The translations under genes were made by a program, and so were the position numbers. From an uncultured Candidatus Saccharibacteria bacterium (GTDB lineage: Bacteria > Patescibacteriota > Minisyncoccia > Phycocordibacterales > Zambryskibacteraceae), in NCBI GenBank assembly GCA_964582295.1, contig CAZOQP010000003.1, positions 1 to 55,533 on the forward strand: a stretch of DNA of 55,533 nt, given 5' to 3'. Each line of letters begins with the position of its first letter. Position 1 is the first letter of the stretch. Below, in pieces: positions 1-7,981 of the stretch. The notes below the pieces were generated by a model. That model did not search any database and was not told where the DNA came from. It saw nothing but the letters and a program-made list of their open reading frames with translations.

Positions 1-4
1 AAAT

Positions 5-49
5 CAGCAGATTTTTATGCGTACTCTTTTCGTCATCACCCCGAGCGAC
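5..49 (-). repeat. 45-nt block identical to 23444-23488; 5' part of a putative structured RNA, truncated by the window edge
   Basis: Exact match cagcagatttttatgcgtactcttttcgtcatcaccccgagcgac at both sites, same orientation, each just downstream of a minus-strand gene. Confidence 0.9.
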
Positions 50-83
50 TGCTGTTTGAAAAATGCCGCTACCCGAACGTTTT

Positions 84-380
84 TTATTTTTTCTCTGCAA
101 CCACCTTCTTATTCCTTCTCGGCTGGGCATTTAGTTTCGTCCCTTCAATAATATTATGAGTGATCAGAAGGTTATTTGCAGTTATGGAAAGCTTTGCACC
201 GTTCGCAATGGCTTTCTTTATGGATTCTGCATCAAAATTCTCCGTACTTTTGCGGGGGTCGTAAGAACCAAGCACCTTCAAATAACGCCCGCTTTTGGTG
301 GAATTCTGCTTGTCCGTAAGCACCAAGCGAAAAGCCGTCTCGTGTTTCCTCCCGACGCGCTGAAGTCTTATCATCAACAT
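84..380 (-). CDS. rpsP: 30S ribosomal protein S16
   Basis: MLMIRLQRVGRK...FRLV...LGSYDP S16 signature. Confidence 0.95.
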   Translation of the reverse strand: MLMIRLQRVGRKHETAFRLVLTDKQNSTKSGRYLKVLGSYDPRKSTENFDAESIKKAIANGAKLSITANNLLITHNIIEGTKLNAQPRRNKKVVAEKK

Positions 381-440
381 AGGGCACTACTCTACCAAAA
401 AAATGGAACATAGCAAGAGCCTCTGTTATAGTGTCCCCAA

Positions 441-2399
441 ATGACAGCGCAAGAAAATCTGACAGGCCCTATTGTGGCGACCGCCCGGGGTGTAGGTTAT
501 TTCAGGAGATTAGATCATCCAGAGGGTGATCTTGAGATAGCACCGGACAGAATGAAGACCGCCCTTCACGGCGATACCGTTTCGGTACGCCCGCTCGGAA
601 CAAAATCCTCGTGGGGAAAGCCGCAAGGTGAAGTGGTTTCAATAACGGAACGCGCCAAAGAGCGTTTCGTCGGAACCATGATGAAGTCAAAAGACGGAAG
701 CTTTCTTTATATGCGCCCAGATGACAAGCGCATGTACAAAGACTTTCTGGTACCAGCTGCCAAAAATATGGATGCGAAAGAGGGCGACAAAGTGCTTCTA
801 AAAATGCTCCCCTGGCAGGACATTACCAAAGGCCCTGAAGGAGAAGTCATCCGCATCATAGGGCGCAAAGGTGAACACAACGCCGAAATGCTCTCCATCG
901 TTCTTGAGTCAGGTTTTGATCCGGATTTCCCATCGGATGTAGAGGCAGAGGCAAAAAAAGTGAAAGAGGATTACGTTGCAAAGGAGCTTCCCGAAACTCT
1001 CGCGGACCCTAAAGCAAAAAACCGCCGCGATTATCGCAATGCCACCACTTTCACTATCGACCCTTTTGATGCAAAAGATTTTGACGACGCCCTTTCTCTC
1101 ATAAAACTCCCGAACGGTAATTTTGAGATAGGTATTCACATCGCCGATGTTTCTCATTTCGTACGAGAAGGCACAAAACTAGACAAAGAAGCGCTCAATC
1201 GCGGCACATCCATATATCTGGTGGATCGCACCATCCCCATGCTTCCCGAGATACTTTCAAACGATCTCTGTTCGCTTAATCCCAATGAGCCGAAATTCGC
1301 TTTCTCCGCTATTTTTGAAATGAATGAAAAAGGAGAAGTACTTTCTCGCTGGTTCGGCAAAACACTCATAGAATCAGACAAACGCTTCACATACGAAGAA
1401 GCCCAGGAAGTTTTGGATAAGAAAGCCGGGCCGCATATTGAAGAACTGAATACCATGAACGCTATCGCTTACAAACTCCGCGAAGAAAAGACCAGGCAAG
1501 GTGCTATTGATTTTGAAAGCGAGGAAATAAAGTTTGAATTGGACGAAGAAGGCCGCCCTATCCGAGTTATTAAAAAGATCCGCAAGGATACTCACAAGCT
1601 GGTGGAAGATTTCATGCTGCTCGCAAACCGCGAAGTGGCGAAATTCGTCTCGGACAAGATAGAGAACAAGCAGAGTGCCGCTATGGTTTACCGCATCCAT
1701 AATCTGCCGGACCCGGAAAAGATAGAGAATCTTTCCGTGTTCTTGAAAGCTCTGGGCTTCACGCTTCACCACACCAACGGCTCTGCGACCGCAAAAGATA
1801 TCCAGAAAGTTCTGCGGGAAGTGGAAGGGAGTTCAAGCGAGGCCCTCATAAAAACTGCTGCTATCCGCAGCATGGCTAAGGCGGTGTATTCCACTAAAAA
1901 CATCGGACACTTTGGCTTAGCATTTGCCTACTACACGCACTTCACTTCCCCTATCCGCCGTTATCCGGACATGGTGGTTCATCGCCTTCTTGAAAATCAT
2001 CTGAACGGGGGAAAGATCGGACAGGATGAATATGCAAAATTCCAGAAAATATGCGACGTCTGCTCGGAGCGCGAAGTGAATGCCGCAGAAGCTGAAAGGA
2101 ATTCCATAAAACTGAAGCAGGTAGAATATATGTCGCGCTACATCGGAGATATTTTTGATGCTACCGTTTCCGGAGTATCAGAGTGGGGCATGTATGTAGA
2201 GGAAGTAAACACCAAATCAGATGGTATGGTGAAATTGAAGGATATGACCGATGATTTTTATGAACTCGACCAGAAAAATTATGCGATTGTCGGCCAAAAA
2301 ACCAAGAAGAAATACACTCTGGGCGACCGCATACGCGTCAAACTAATGGCTGCCGACCCCGACCGCCGCCAGCTTGATTTTGTAGTGGCACAAGAGTAA
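441..2399 (+). CDS. rnr: Ribonuclease R (RNB family exoribonuclease)
   Basis: TIDPFDAKDFDDA, HIADVSHFV, YTHFTSPIRRYPD motifs; C-terminal S1 domain. Confidence 0.95.
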   Translation: MTAQENLTGPIVATARGVGYFRRLDHPEGDLEIAPDRMKTALHGDTVSVRPLGTKSSWGKPQGEVVSITERAKERFVGTMMKSKDGSFLYMRPDDKRMYKDFLVPAAKNMDAKEGDKVLLKMLPWQDITKGPEGEVIRIIGRKGEHNAEMLSIVLESGFDPDFPSDVEAEAKKVKEDYVAKELPETLADPKAKNRRDYRNATTFTIDPFDAKDFDDALSLIKLPNGNFEIGIHIADVSHFVREGTKLDKEALNRGTSIYLVDRTIPMLPEILSNDLCSLNPNEPKFAFSAIFEMNEKGEVLSRWFGKTLIESDKRFTYEEAQEVLDKKAGPHIEELNTMNAIAYKLREEKTRQGAIDFESEEIKFELDEEGRPIRVIKKIRKDTHKLVEDFMLLANREVAKFVSDKIENKQSAAMVYRIHNLPDPEKIENLSVFLKALGFTLHHTNGSATAKDIQKVLREVEGSSSEALIKTAAIRSMAKAVYSTKNIGHFGLAFAYYTHFTSPIRRYPDMVVHRLLENHLNGGKIGQDEYAKFQKICDVCSEREVNAAEAERNSIKLKQVEYMSRYIGDIFDATVSGVSEWGMYVEEVNTKSDGMVKLKDMTDDFYELDQKNYAIVGQKTKKKYTLGDRIRVKLMAADPDRRQLDFVVAQE

Positions 2400-2404
2400 A
2401 GCTC

Positions 2405-4627
2405 CTATTTCGCCACTTCTTCCGCTTCTGCAAAGGCAATGGAGAGAACTTTGGAAACCCCGCCGCCTGCCATAGTAACGCCGTATATAACTCCTGCGCG
2501 GGACATTGTTTCGCGGTTGTGGGTAATGACAATAAGCTGGGAACTTCTCGCGAGACTTTCTATCATATCGCCGTATTTTTTTGAGTTGGCTTCATCGAGT
2601 GCCGCATCGGTTTCGTCCAAAATAATAAAGGGTGGCGGATTTACCTGGGACATTGCAAAAATAAGTGCGATAGATGTGAGTGCCCTCTCACCTCCCGAAA
2701 GCATCATGAGCCCGGATATCTTTTTTCGAGGAAGGGACACCGAAATATCAATGCCTGCTTCTTCCTCTTCTTCTTGCGACTCGGATTCCGTCACGTCACC
2801 TTCCATATCCATTTTGGCCGCACGTTTTTTTATGGTCTTCAATTGAAGCACTGCCTTTCCGCCACCGAAAAGAGTGCCGAAAAATTCTTCAAATGCGGAA
2901 TTGATCTTTTTGAGCCCTTCTGAAAAATCATTTTCCAAGCGTTCTGAAAGATCGGCTATAAGCTCCTCAAGAGAAGCTGCCGACACGGAAAGATCACCAA
3001 TCTCCTTTTCCAAAAATGTGTCGCGCTCGCTCACCTCACTGAATTCCTTTTCAATGTCCGCCGAGCCACCGATACCAGATTCCTCTATGCGTATCTTCAG
3101 GCGCTCAATATCCCTTCGTTTCTCTTCCAATGAATCGGCAGTAAATTTATTGCTGCCTGGGTTTTGTGAAAGCTCTTCAATAAGCGCCTTGCCGACAAGT
3201 GCCCCCACCTCCGCCATATTCCGGGACATCTCATCTCCTCTTAAAGTCATTTCGCGTGCCTGTGCCGCAAGGATTGAAACTCTGGCCTGCAGATCCTTCT
3301 CACGCGAAAGAAGCTCGTACACATCTTTTTCAGCCGTGCGGTTTGATTCTTTTTCTTTTTCTATGGCAAGGGCTGTATCCGTATACCTCTTCCCCGCATT
3401 CTCCTCTTCCTTCTTAAGTTCTACAAGTTTCTTAGAAAGATTCTCTTTTTCTGAAATTATGCGCTTCAATTCATCCGCCGTATTGCCGCTCTCATTGGTT
3501 CCGAAAGCATTCCTGAATTCAGATATTTCTTTTTCTATTTTTTCCGCATGAAAAGAAAGCGTCTCTGCATTTCCTGTTTTAGCAATATTTTTAAGCTCCG
3601 AAATAAGGGATGAGAGCCGGTTCAAAAAAGAAGCAGCGTCATTGTGAGGAATAGCTTTGCCAGTGTGCTCGCCTGCAAGTTTTTTGAAAGCAGACATCTC
3701 CCCTTCCAGACGGCCGAGATCGCGCACTACCACATTTATTTCCTCGCGCATTTTTTCACGTCCCTTTTCCGCTTTATGAAGTTCATCCGTGAGTTCGTGC
3801 ACACGCGAGCTCTGGGAAAGTTTGGCGCGTGCATCTTTGATACCCTTCTCAACCCGTAGTAGTTCTTCCTTAAGCGGAGTTTCTTCGCTCGTGATGCGTG
3901 CTTTTTCCGCCGCTATATTCTTTTTCTCAAAGCCGAAAAACGCTGCTGCTTCTCGTGCAAGTTCGTTCCGAAGCTCCTCTGTGCGTGCCACCTTTTCCAT
4001 CTGCTTTTTCAGGAACTTAAGGTGGGGTGCTATCTCGCGACGCAAACTCTCCACCTGCTTCATATTCTCGCGGGTCTTCTCAAGCTTCCTCTCACTCTCC
4101 TCCTTTTTATATTGGTATGCCTTGAGACCAAGTGCATCCTCTATCATGTCTTTTCGCTCTTTTGGATTGGCAGAAAGTACACGGTCGGCTTCGCCTTGGG
4201 AAATGATGTGGTGCCCCGATGCACCTATATGCGCGGAGGAAAGCAATTCCAGAATGTCCTTCAGGCGCACTTTTGAACCGTTCACGGAATATTCATTCAC
4301 TCCGTCCCTGTAAACAGCGCGCTCAATTGTGACTATATCAAAATCAATAGCAGGAAAAACCCGGCGGGAATTATCAAAAGAAAGCTTGGCCACGGCTTTA
4401 CTAGCACGAGGTGTGTCCTGAGAGCCGTTGAAAATAAGGTCTTCCCCGCGCTTTCCGCGCATAGATTTCATGGACTGCTCCCCCAGGACAAATCGGAAAG
4501 CCTCCGCCACATTGGATTTCCCGGAACCATTAGGTCCTACGATCGCTGATATCGGAGAGCCGAATTCAAGCGAAGACTTCTTCGCAAAAGATTTAAAACC
4601 CGAAAGCTCTATGGCCTTAAGATACAT
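2405..4627 (-). CDS. smc: SMC-family chromosome segregation ATPase, short (~740 aa) form
   Basis: GFKSFA, Walker A GPNGSGKSN, Q-loop IISQG, signature LSGGE, Walker B/D-loop IILDETDAALD, coiled coils; start set at MYLK. Confidence 0.9.
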   Translation of the reverse strand: MYLKAIELSGFKSFAKKSSLEFGSPISAIVGPNGSGKSNVAEAFRFVLGEQSMKSMRGKRGEDLIFNGSQDTPRASKAVAKLSFDNSRRVFPAIDFDIVTIERAVYRDGVNEYSVNGSKVRLKDILELLSSAHIGASGHHIISQGEADRVLSANPKERKDMIEDALGLKAYQYKKEESERKLEKTRENMKQVESLRREIAPHLKFLKKQMEKVARTEELRNELAREAAAFFGFEKKNIAAEKARITSEETPLKEELLRVEKGIKDARAKLSQSSRVHELTDELHKAEKGREKMREEINVVVRDLGRLEGEMSAFKKLAGEHTGKAIPHNDAASFLNRLSSLISELKNIAKTGNAETLSFHAEKIEKEISEFRNAFGTNESGNTADELKRIISEKENLSKKLVELKKEEENAGKRYTDTALAIEKEKESNRTAEKDVYELLSREKDLQARVSILAAQAREMTLRGDEMSRNMAEVGALVGKALIEELSQNPGSNKFTADSLEEKRRDIERLKIRIEESGIGGSADIEKEFSEVSERDTFLEKEIGDLSVSAASLEELIADLSERLENDFSEGLKKINSAFEEFFGTLFGGGKAVLQLKTIKKRAAKMDMEGDVTESESQEEEEEAGIDISVSLPRKKISGLMMLSGGERALTSIALIFAMSQVNPPPFIILDETDAALDEANSKKYGDMIESLARSSQLIVITHNRETMSRAGVIYGVTMAGGGVSKVLSIAFAEAEEVAK

Positions 4628-4654
4628 GAGCAAAATTGTAGCATGCCACTTTGT

Positions 4655-4682
4655 TTGACTTTAACCTGTATGGATGTATAAA
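4655..4682 (+). promoter_or_regulatory. Putative sigma70 promoter for the small ORF at 4718
   Basis: TTGACT-16 nt-TATAAA. Confidence 0.5.
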
Positions 4683-4717
4683 AGAGTAAGAATTCCGCCC
4701 ACCCGGAGGATCTCACC

Positions 4718-4885
4718 ATGTTCGGCTTTGGCGACAGGGAATCGGTATTTGCAATGGTAGCAAAGACGGGTCTCATCACAGTTGCGATCGTCGTGGGAAT
4801 CCCCCTTACCATAGTCACCGGTATTATCATTGGAGGAGGGATCATCCTTGTCTTGGCTTTCACGAGACCCGGACTCCAAAAGTGA
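4718..4885 (+). CDS. Small (55 aa) hydrophobic membrane protein, absent from the ORF track
   Basis: GGAGG RBS, ATG...TGA reading MFGFGDRESVFAMVAKTGLITVAIVVGIPLTIVTGIIIGGGIILVLAFTRPGLQK; upstream promoter and downstream hairpin. Confidence 0.65.
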   Translation: MFGFGDRESVFAMVAKTGLITVAIVVGIPLTIVTGIIIGGGIILVLAFTRPGLQK

Positions 4886-4894
4886 GATGTATCC

Positions 4895-4924
4895 TTAATC
4901 CCGCCATTCATATGGCGGGATTAA
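4895..4924. terminator. Hairpin between convergent genes
   Basis: ttaatcccgcca-ttcata-tggcgggattaa, 12-bp inverted repeat. Confidence 0.7.
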
Positions 4925-4967
4925 TTGTTCTATGTAACTTCCATTTAAGAGCGATCAGTACGGAGTT

Positions 4968-5672
4968 TTATAACCACCCCTTCTCAGCCAACGCTCCCTT
5001 TGCCGCATTCTGCTCCGCCGTCTGCTTTGAATCCCCTTCTCCACTCGCTATCAATTCATCTTTTAAATAAGCCCCAACAGTGAAATGTTTGTTGTGATCA
5101 GGCCCTGTTTCCTTGGTGGTTTTATATGCGGGAGTAATACCGAAATGTTCCTGGGCGAGTGCCTGGAACTTGGATTTTGCATCAATAGCTAATCCTTCCC
5201 GCATTATCATATCTATTTTCGACATCACAAATTTTTCTATAACGCCGCGTGCTGCATCATACCCTCGATCAATATATATGGCGCCAATGACCGCTTCTAT
5301 GGTATTCGCAAGAATGTACTGGCGCGCGCGGCCGAGATCTTTCGCTTCGCCACGGGACAAAAGAAGATATTCCCCCATTTTCATATCAACTGCAATGGAT
5401 GCGAGGGTCTCGGCTTTCACCAGTGCCGAGCGAAGCGATGTTAATTCCCCTTCATCCTTTTCCGGAAAAGTATTGTAAAGATAGTGTGTTACCACAAGCT
5501 CCAGAACCGCATCGCCCAAAAATTCCAGGCGTTCATTGTGCCCCCCGCCGAAATCCTTGTTCTCATTCAAATACGAGCGGTGGGTAAAGGCCTGACGAAG
5601 AAGCTCTTTGTTATTGAAAGAGAGGCCTGCGAGCTTTTCGAAAGAAGCATAGTTGGAAAGACTGTCCGTCAT
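4968..5672 (-). CDS. rnc: Ribonuclease III
   Basis: HNERLEFLGDAVL signature, C-terminal dsRBD. Confidence 0.97.
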   Translation of the reverse strand: MTDSLSNYASFEKLAGLSFNNKELLRQAFTHRSYLNENKDFGGGHNERLEFLGDAVLELVVTHYLYNTFPEKDEGELTSLRSALVKAETLASIAVDMKMGEYLLLSRGEAKDLGRARQYILANTIEAVIGAIYIDRGYDAARGVIEKFVMSKIDMIMREGLAIDAKSKFQALAQEHFGITPAYKTTKETGPDHNKHFTVGAYLKDELIASGEGDSKQTAEQNAAKGALAEKGWL

Positions 5673-5689
5673 AAATTATGAGAGCGATA

Positions 5690-6607
5690 CTAGCTTTTCT
5701 TGAGCTTGGTCGCAAGGGTGGTCACTGCATTGGTCATTATAGGCAGAACATCATCATAAAAATTGAGATCCACAATGTCCGATACTGTGAACCAACGGGC
5801 ATCATCAAGCCCTCCCGAAGATTCAAGTTTCAGAGTTTGAAAATCCGCACGAGCCAGAAAATAGTGCACCCTTTTTCGTAGCTTCCCTTTCTCTGGATGA
5901 TAAGCAATATATTCGTTGAGGCCGAGGTCTTCCTCTATCACGATATCAAGCCCTATCTCTTCTTTTATCTCGCGCTCCGTGCCCGCCTTCACATCTTCTC
6001 CCGCTTCAAGCTTTCCCTTTGAAAGCGTCCAGTGGCCGAACACATCGTGAACAAGCGCCACATAAACTTTCTCTCCATCCACAGCATAAACCACGGCCCC
6101 GCCGAGCTCTTCCAAAGGAATGGCTTTGTCGTCCAAACTATTCTTCTTTCCCTTGAATCCCTTTGGCGACTGCTCGTCCTTGCCCGGCTCGCCAAGCTCC
6201 TTGTAAACCGCACCCAAAACACCGTTCACGAATTTACCTGAAGTTTCTCCGCCGAAAGTTTTCGCAAGCTCTATGGCTTCGTTGATAGCGACTTTCGGAG
6301 GCACCTCTGTCCTGTCTGAAAAAAGAAGTTCGCAGAGGCCGAGACGAAGTACATTCCTGTCCACTCCACTTATTTTATTTATAGGCCAATCGGGGGCAGC
6401 TTTCTCAATGATAGTGTCCAGATCTTTTTTCTTGGAAATGACTTCGCGGGTAAGACTTTCCGCGAAAGAGAGATCCTTCATGCCAGGAGCGAACTCCTCG
6501 GCATTACGCTTCACCACAGCCGAGACATTATCAGTTTTTAACGCATTAAAATCCCACTCAAAAAGAGACTGTAGGACGATAGAGCGTGAAAGGTGTCTAT
6601 TGGCCAT
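5690..6607 (-). CDS. nusB: Transcription antitermination factor NusB fused to a C-terminal NUDIX hydrolase domain
   Basis: DRNVLRLG, VAINEAIELAK, FVNGVLG (NusB); KGKLEAGEDVKAGTEREIKEEIGL (Nudix box). Confidence 0.9.
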   Translation of the reverse strand: MANRHLSRSIVLQSLFEWDFNALKTDNVSAVVKRNAEEFAPGMKDLSFAESLTREVISKKKDLDTIIEKAAPDWPINKISGVDRNVLRLGLCELLFSDRTEVPPKVAINEAIELAKTFGGETSGKFVNGVLGAVYKELGEPGKDEQSPKGFKGKKNSLDDKAIPLEELGGAVVYAVDGEKVYVALVHDVFGHWTLSKGKLEAGEDVKAGTEREIKEEIGLDIVIEEDLGLNEYIAYHPEKGKLRKRVHYFLARADFQTLKLESSGGLDDARWFTVSDIVDLNFYDDVLPIMTNAVTTLATKLKKS

Positions 6608-6666
6608 GATAAAGAACTTTTGTTACTTCCTTATTCTATCCCTTTCCGGGCACACTCGCAAAGTGC

Positions 6667-6891
6667 TTATTTCACAGCTTCGGCTCTTTGTTTGCGGCGA
6701 GCCGCTTTTGCTACTTTCCGGGAAGCTATATCCACAACCACGCGACCGCGATATTTTCCGGTTTTTGGATTGAGGCGATGCCTAAGATGCGTGTTGCCAT
6801 CCGCATCCTTGGAAAGGCGCGGCTTTTTTAGCTTGTGGTGACTTCTCCTGCTACCGGTCTGCCCCCGGTTATGTCTCATTCTTACAACCAT
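6667..6891 (-). CDS. rpmF: 50S ribosomal protein L32 (Cys-free type)
   Basis: Basic 74 aa protein with RRSHHKL, HLRHR, GKYRGRVV. Confidence 0.85.
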   Translation of the reverse strand: MVVRMRHNRGQTGSRRSHHKLKKPRLSKDADGNTHLRHRLNPKTGKYRGRVVVDIASRKVAKAARRKQRAEAVK

Positions 6892-6927
6892 AGCGAACAG
6901 TATACCGATGAAGCAGCTAAAGGCAAA

Positions 6928-7548
6928 TCAGCTTATATTTTTAAGAAAAGTTTTTCTGTGTATTACGCTTAATCCGAAAGTTCTTAAAGCATCAAGGTGG
7001 TCGCGGGTGCCGTATCCTTTGTGTTTTTCAAAAAGATAATCCGGGAATCTTTTAGCCATTCTTTTCATATGCCTGTCGCGGGTAACTTTGGCAAGAATTG
7101 ATGCGAGGGAGATGACAGGTACTTTCTCGTCGCCTTTTATTATTGTCAGCTGGTGCGGGAATTCAGAAGGAGCATGAAGCAGGCCGTCTAGAAAAATGTG
7201 AGAGGTTTTGGCTGGCACCTCAAGGCGCGAAAGACATCGCTTGATGCCTTGCTTCACTGCGCGGGTAATGCCTTTTTTATCTATCACAGTGTTAGAAATA
7301 AGAGATACAGCGAAATCTAGCTCCCCTCTTTTGCGTGCTTCAACAGCAAGAGAGAACCAGAGCTCACGTTCATCGGCACTTAATTGTTTTGAATCTTTTA
7401 TGCCTCGGAAGAAATTCTTTTTAAATTTCAAAGGAAGCCTTACAGCTCCCACTGCGACCGGCCCAGCAAGAGGCCCTCTGCCCGCTTCGTCAATTCCGAT
7501 AACACACTCATGCGGGATGGAAGAGCGGATGCGCGGGTGTTTCTGCAT
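6928..7548 (-). CDS. rnhB: Ribonuclease HII
   Basis: GIDEAGRGPLAGP, DSKQL, IIKGD, ASILAKVTRD, HKGYGT. Confidence 0.97.
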   Translation of the reverse strand: MQKHPRIRSSIPHECVIGIDEAGRGPLAGPVAVGAVRLPLKFKKNFFRGIKDSKQLSADERELWFSLAVEARKRGELDFAVSLISNTVIDKKGITRAVKQGIKRCLSRLEVPAKTSHIFLDGLLHAPSEFPHQLTIIKGDEKVPVISLASILAKVTRDRHMKRMAKRFPDYLFEKHKGYGTRDHLDALRTFGLSVIHRKTFLKNIS

Positions 7549-7572
7549 TTAAAAGTATTGTATCAAAAAGAG

Positions 7573-7610
7573 AAAACGCCGTTTCGCAACAAGTTGCGAA
7601 ACGGCGTTTT
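7573..7610 (-). terminator. Intrinsic terminator (could act on both strands)
   Basis: aaaacgccgtttcgcaac-aa-gttgcgaaacggcgtttt. Confidence 0.75.
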
Positions 7611-7628
7611 AGAGTTATCCCGAACCCC

Positions 7629-7865
7629 TTACCTCATGGCATATGCCAGAGTTGGGCCCCTCCACTCCTCCGCCCTCTTCCTTTCTTCAGGAATACGGGA
7701 GACGATGGAAAGGCAGATGGCGGAGAGAAACCCGACGAAGAGGACTTCCACCCGGTTGGAAGAAAGCAGACCAGGAAAGGAAGCCGCCCCGACGATGAAC
7801 CCGCAGGTTTCCATGGAGAGGGCCATTTTGCAGAGCAAAAGGCCCCACGAAAGAAAGGATTCCAT
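7629..7865 (-). CDS. Small hypothetical membrane protein (~78 aa)
   Basis: GGAGGTG RBS before ATG, hydrophobic segments, own promoter and terminator. Confidence 0.6.
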   Translation of the reverse strand: MESFLSWGLLLCKMALSMETCGFIVGAASFPGLLSSNRVEVLFVGFLSAICLSIVSRIPEERKRAEEWRGPTLAYAMR

Positions 7866-7905
7866 ACGCACCTCCGTGCGCTATAAGTAAGTGCTACTAT
7901 ATTCC

Positions 7906-7934
7906 AGTATAGCATAGCCCACTCTATTTGTCAA
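7906..7934 (-). promoter_or_regulatory. sigma70 promoter
   Basis: TTGACA-17 nt-TATACT with TGn extension. Confidence 0.7.
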
Positions 7935-7981
7935 GGGGCTATTTGGAGCCCTTGTTAAGCCCTGCTACAATGCCCCTACGT

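Noticed and set aside
4609-4911. Minus-strand ORFs 4609-4911 and 4661-4879
   Set aside because: The plus-strand 55-aa ORF has the promoter, RBS and terminator support.
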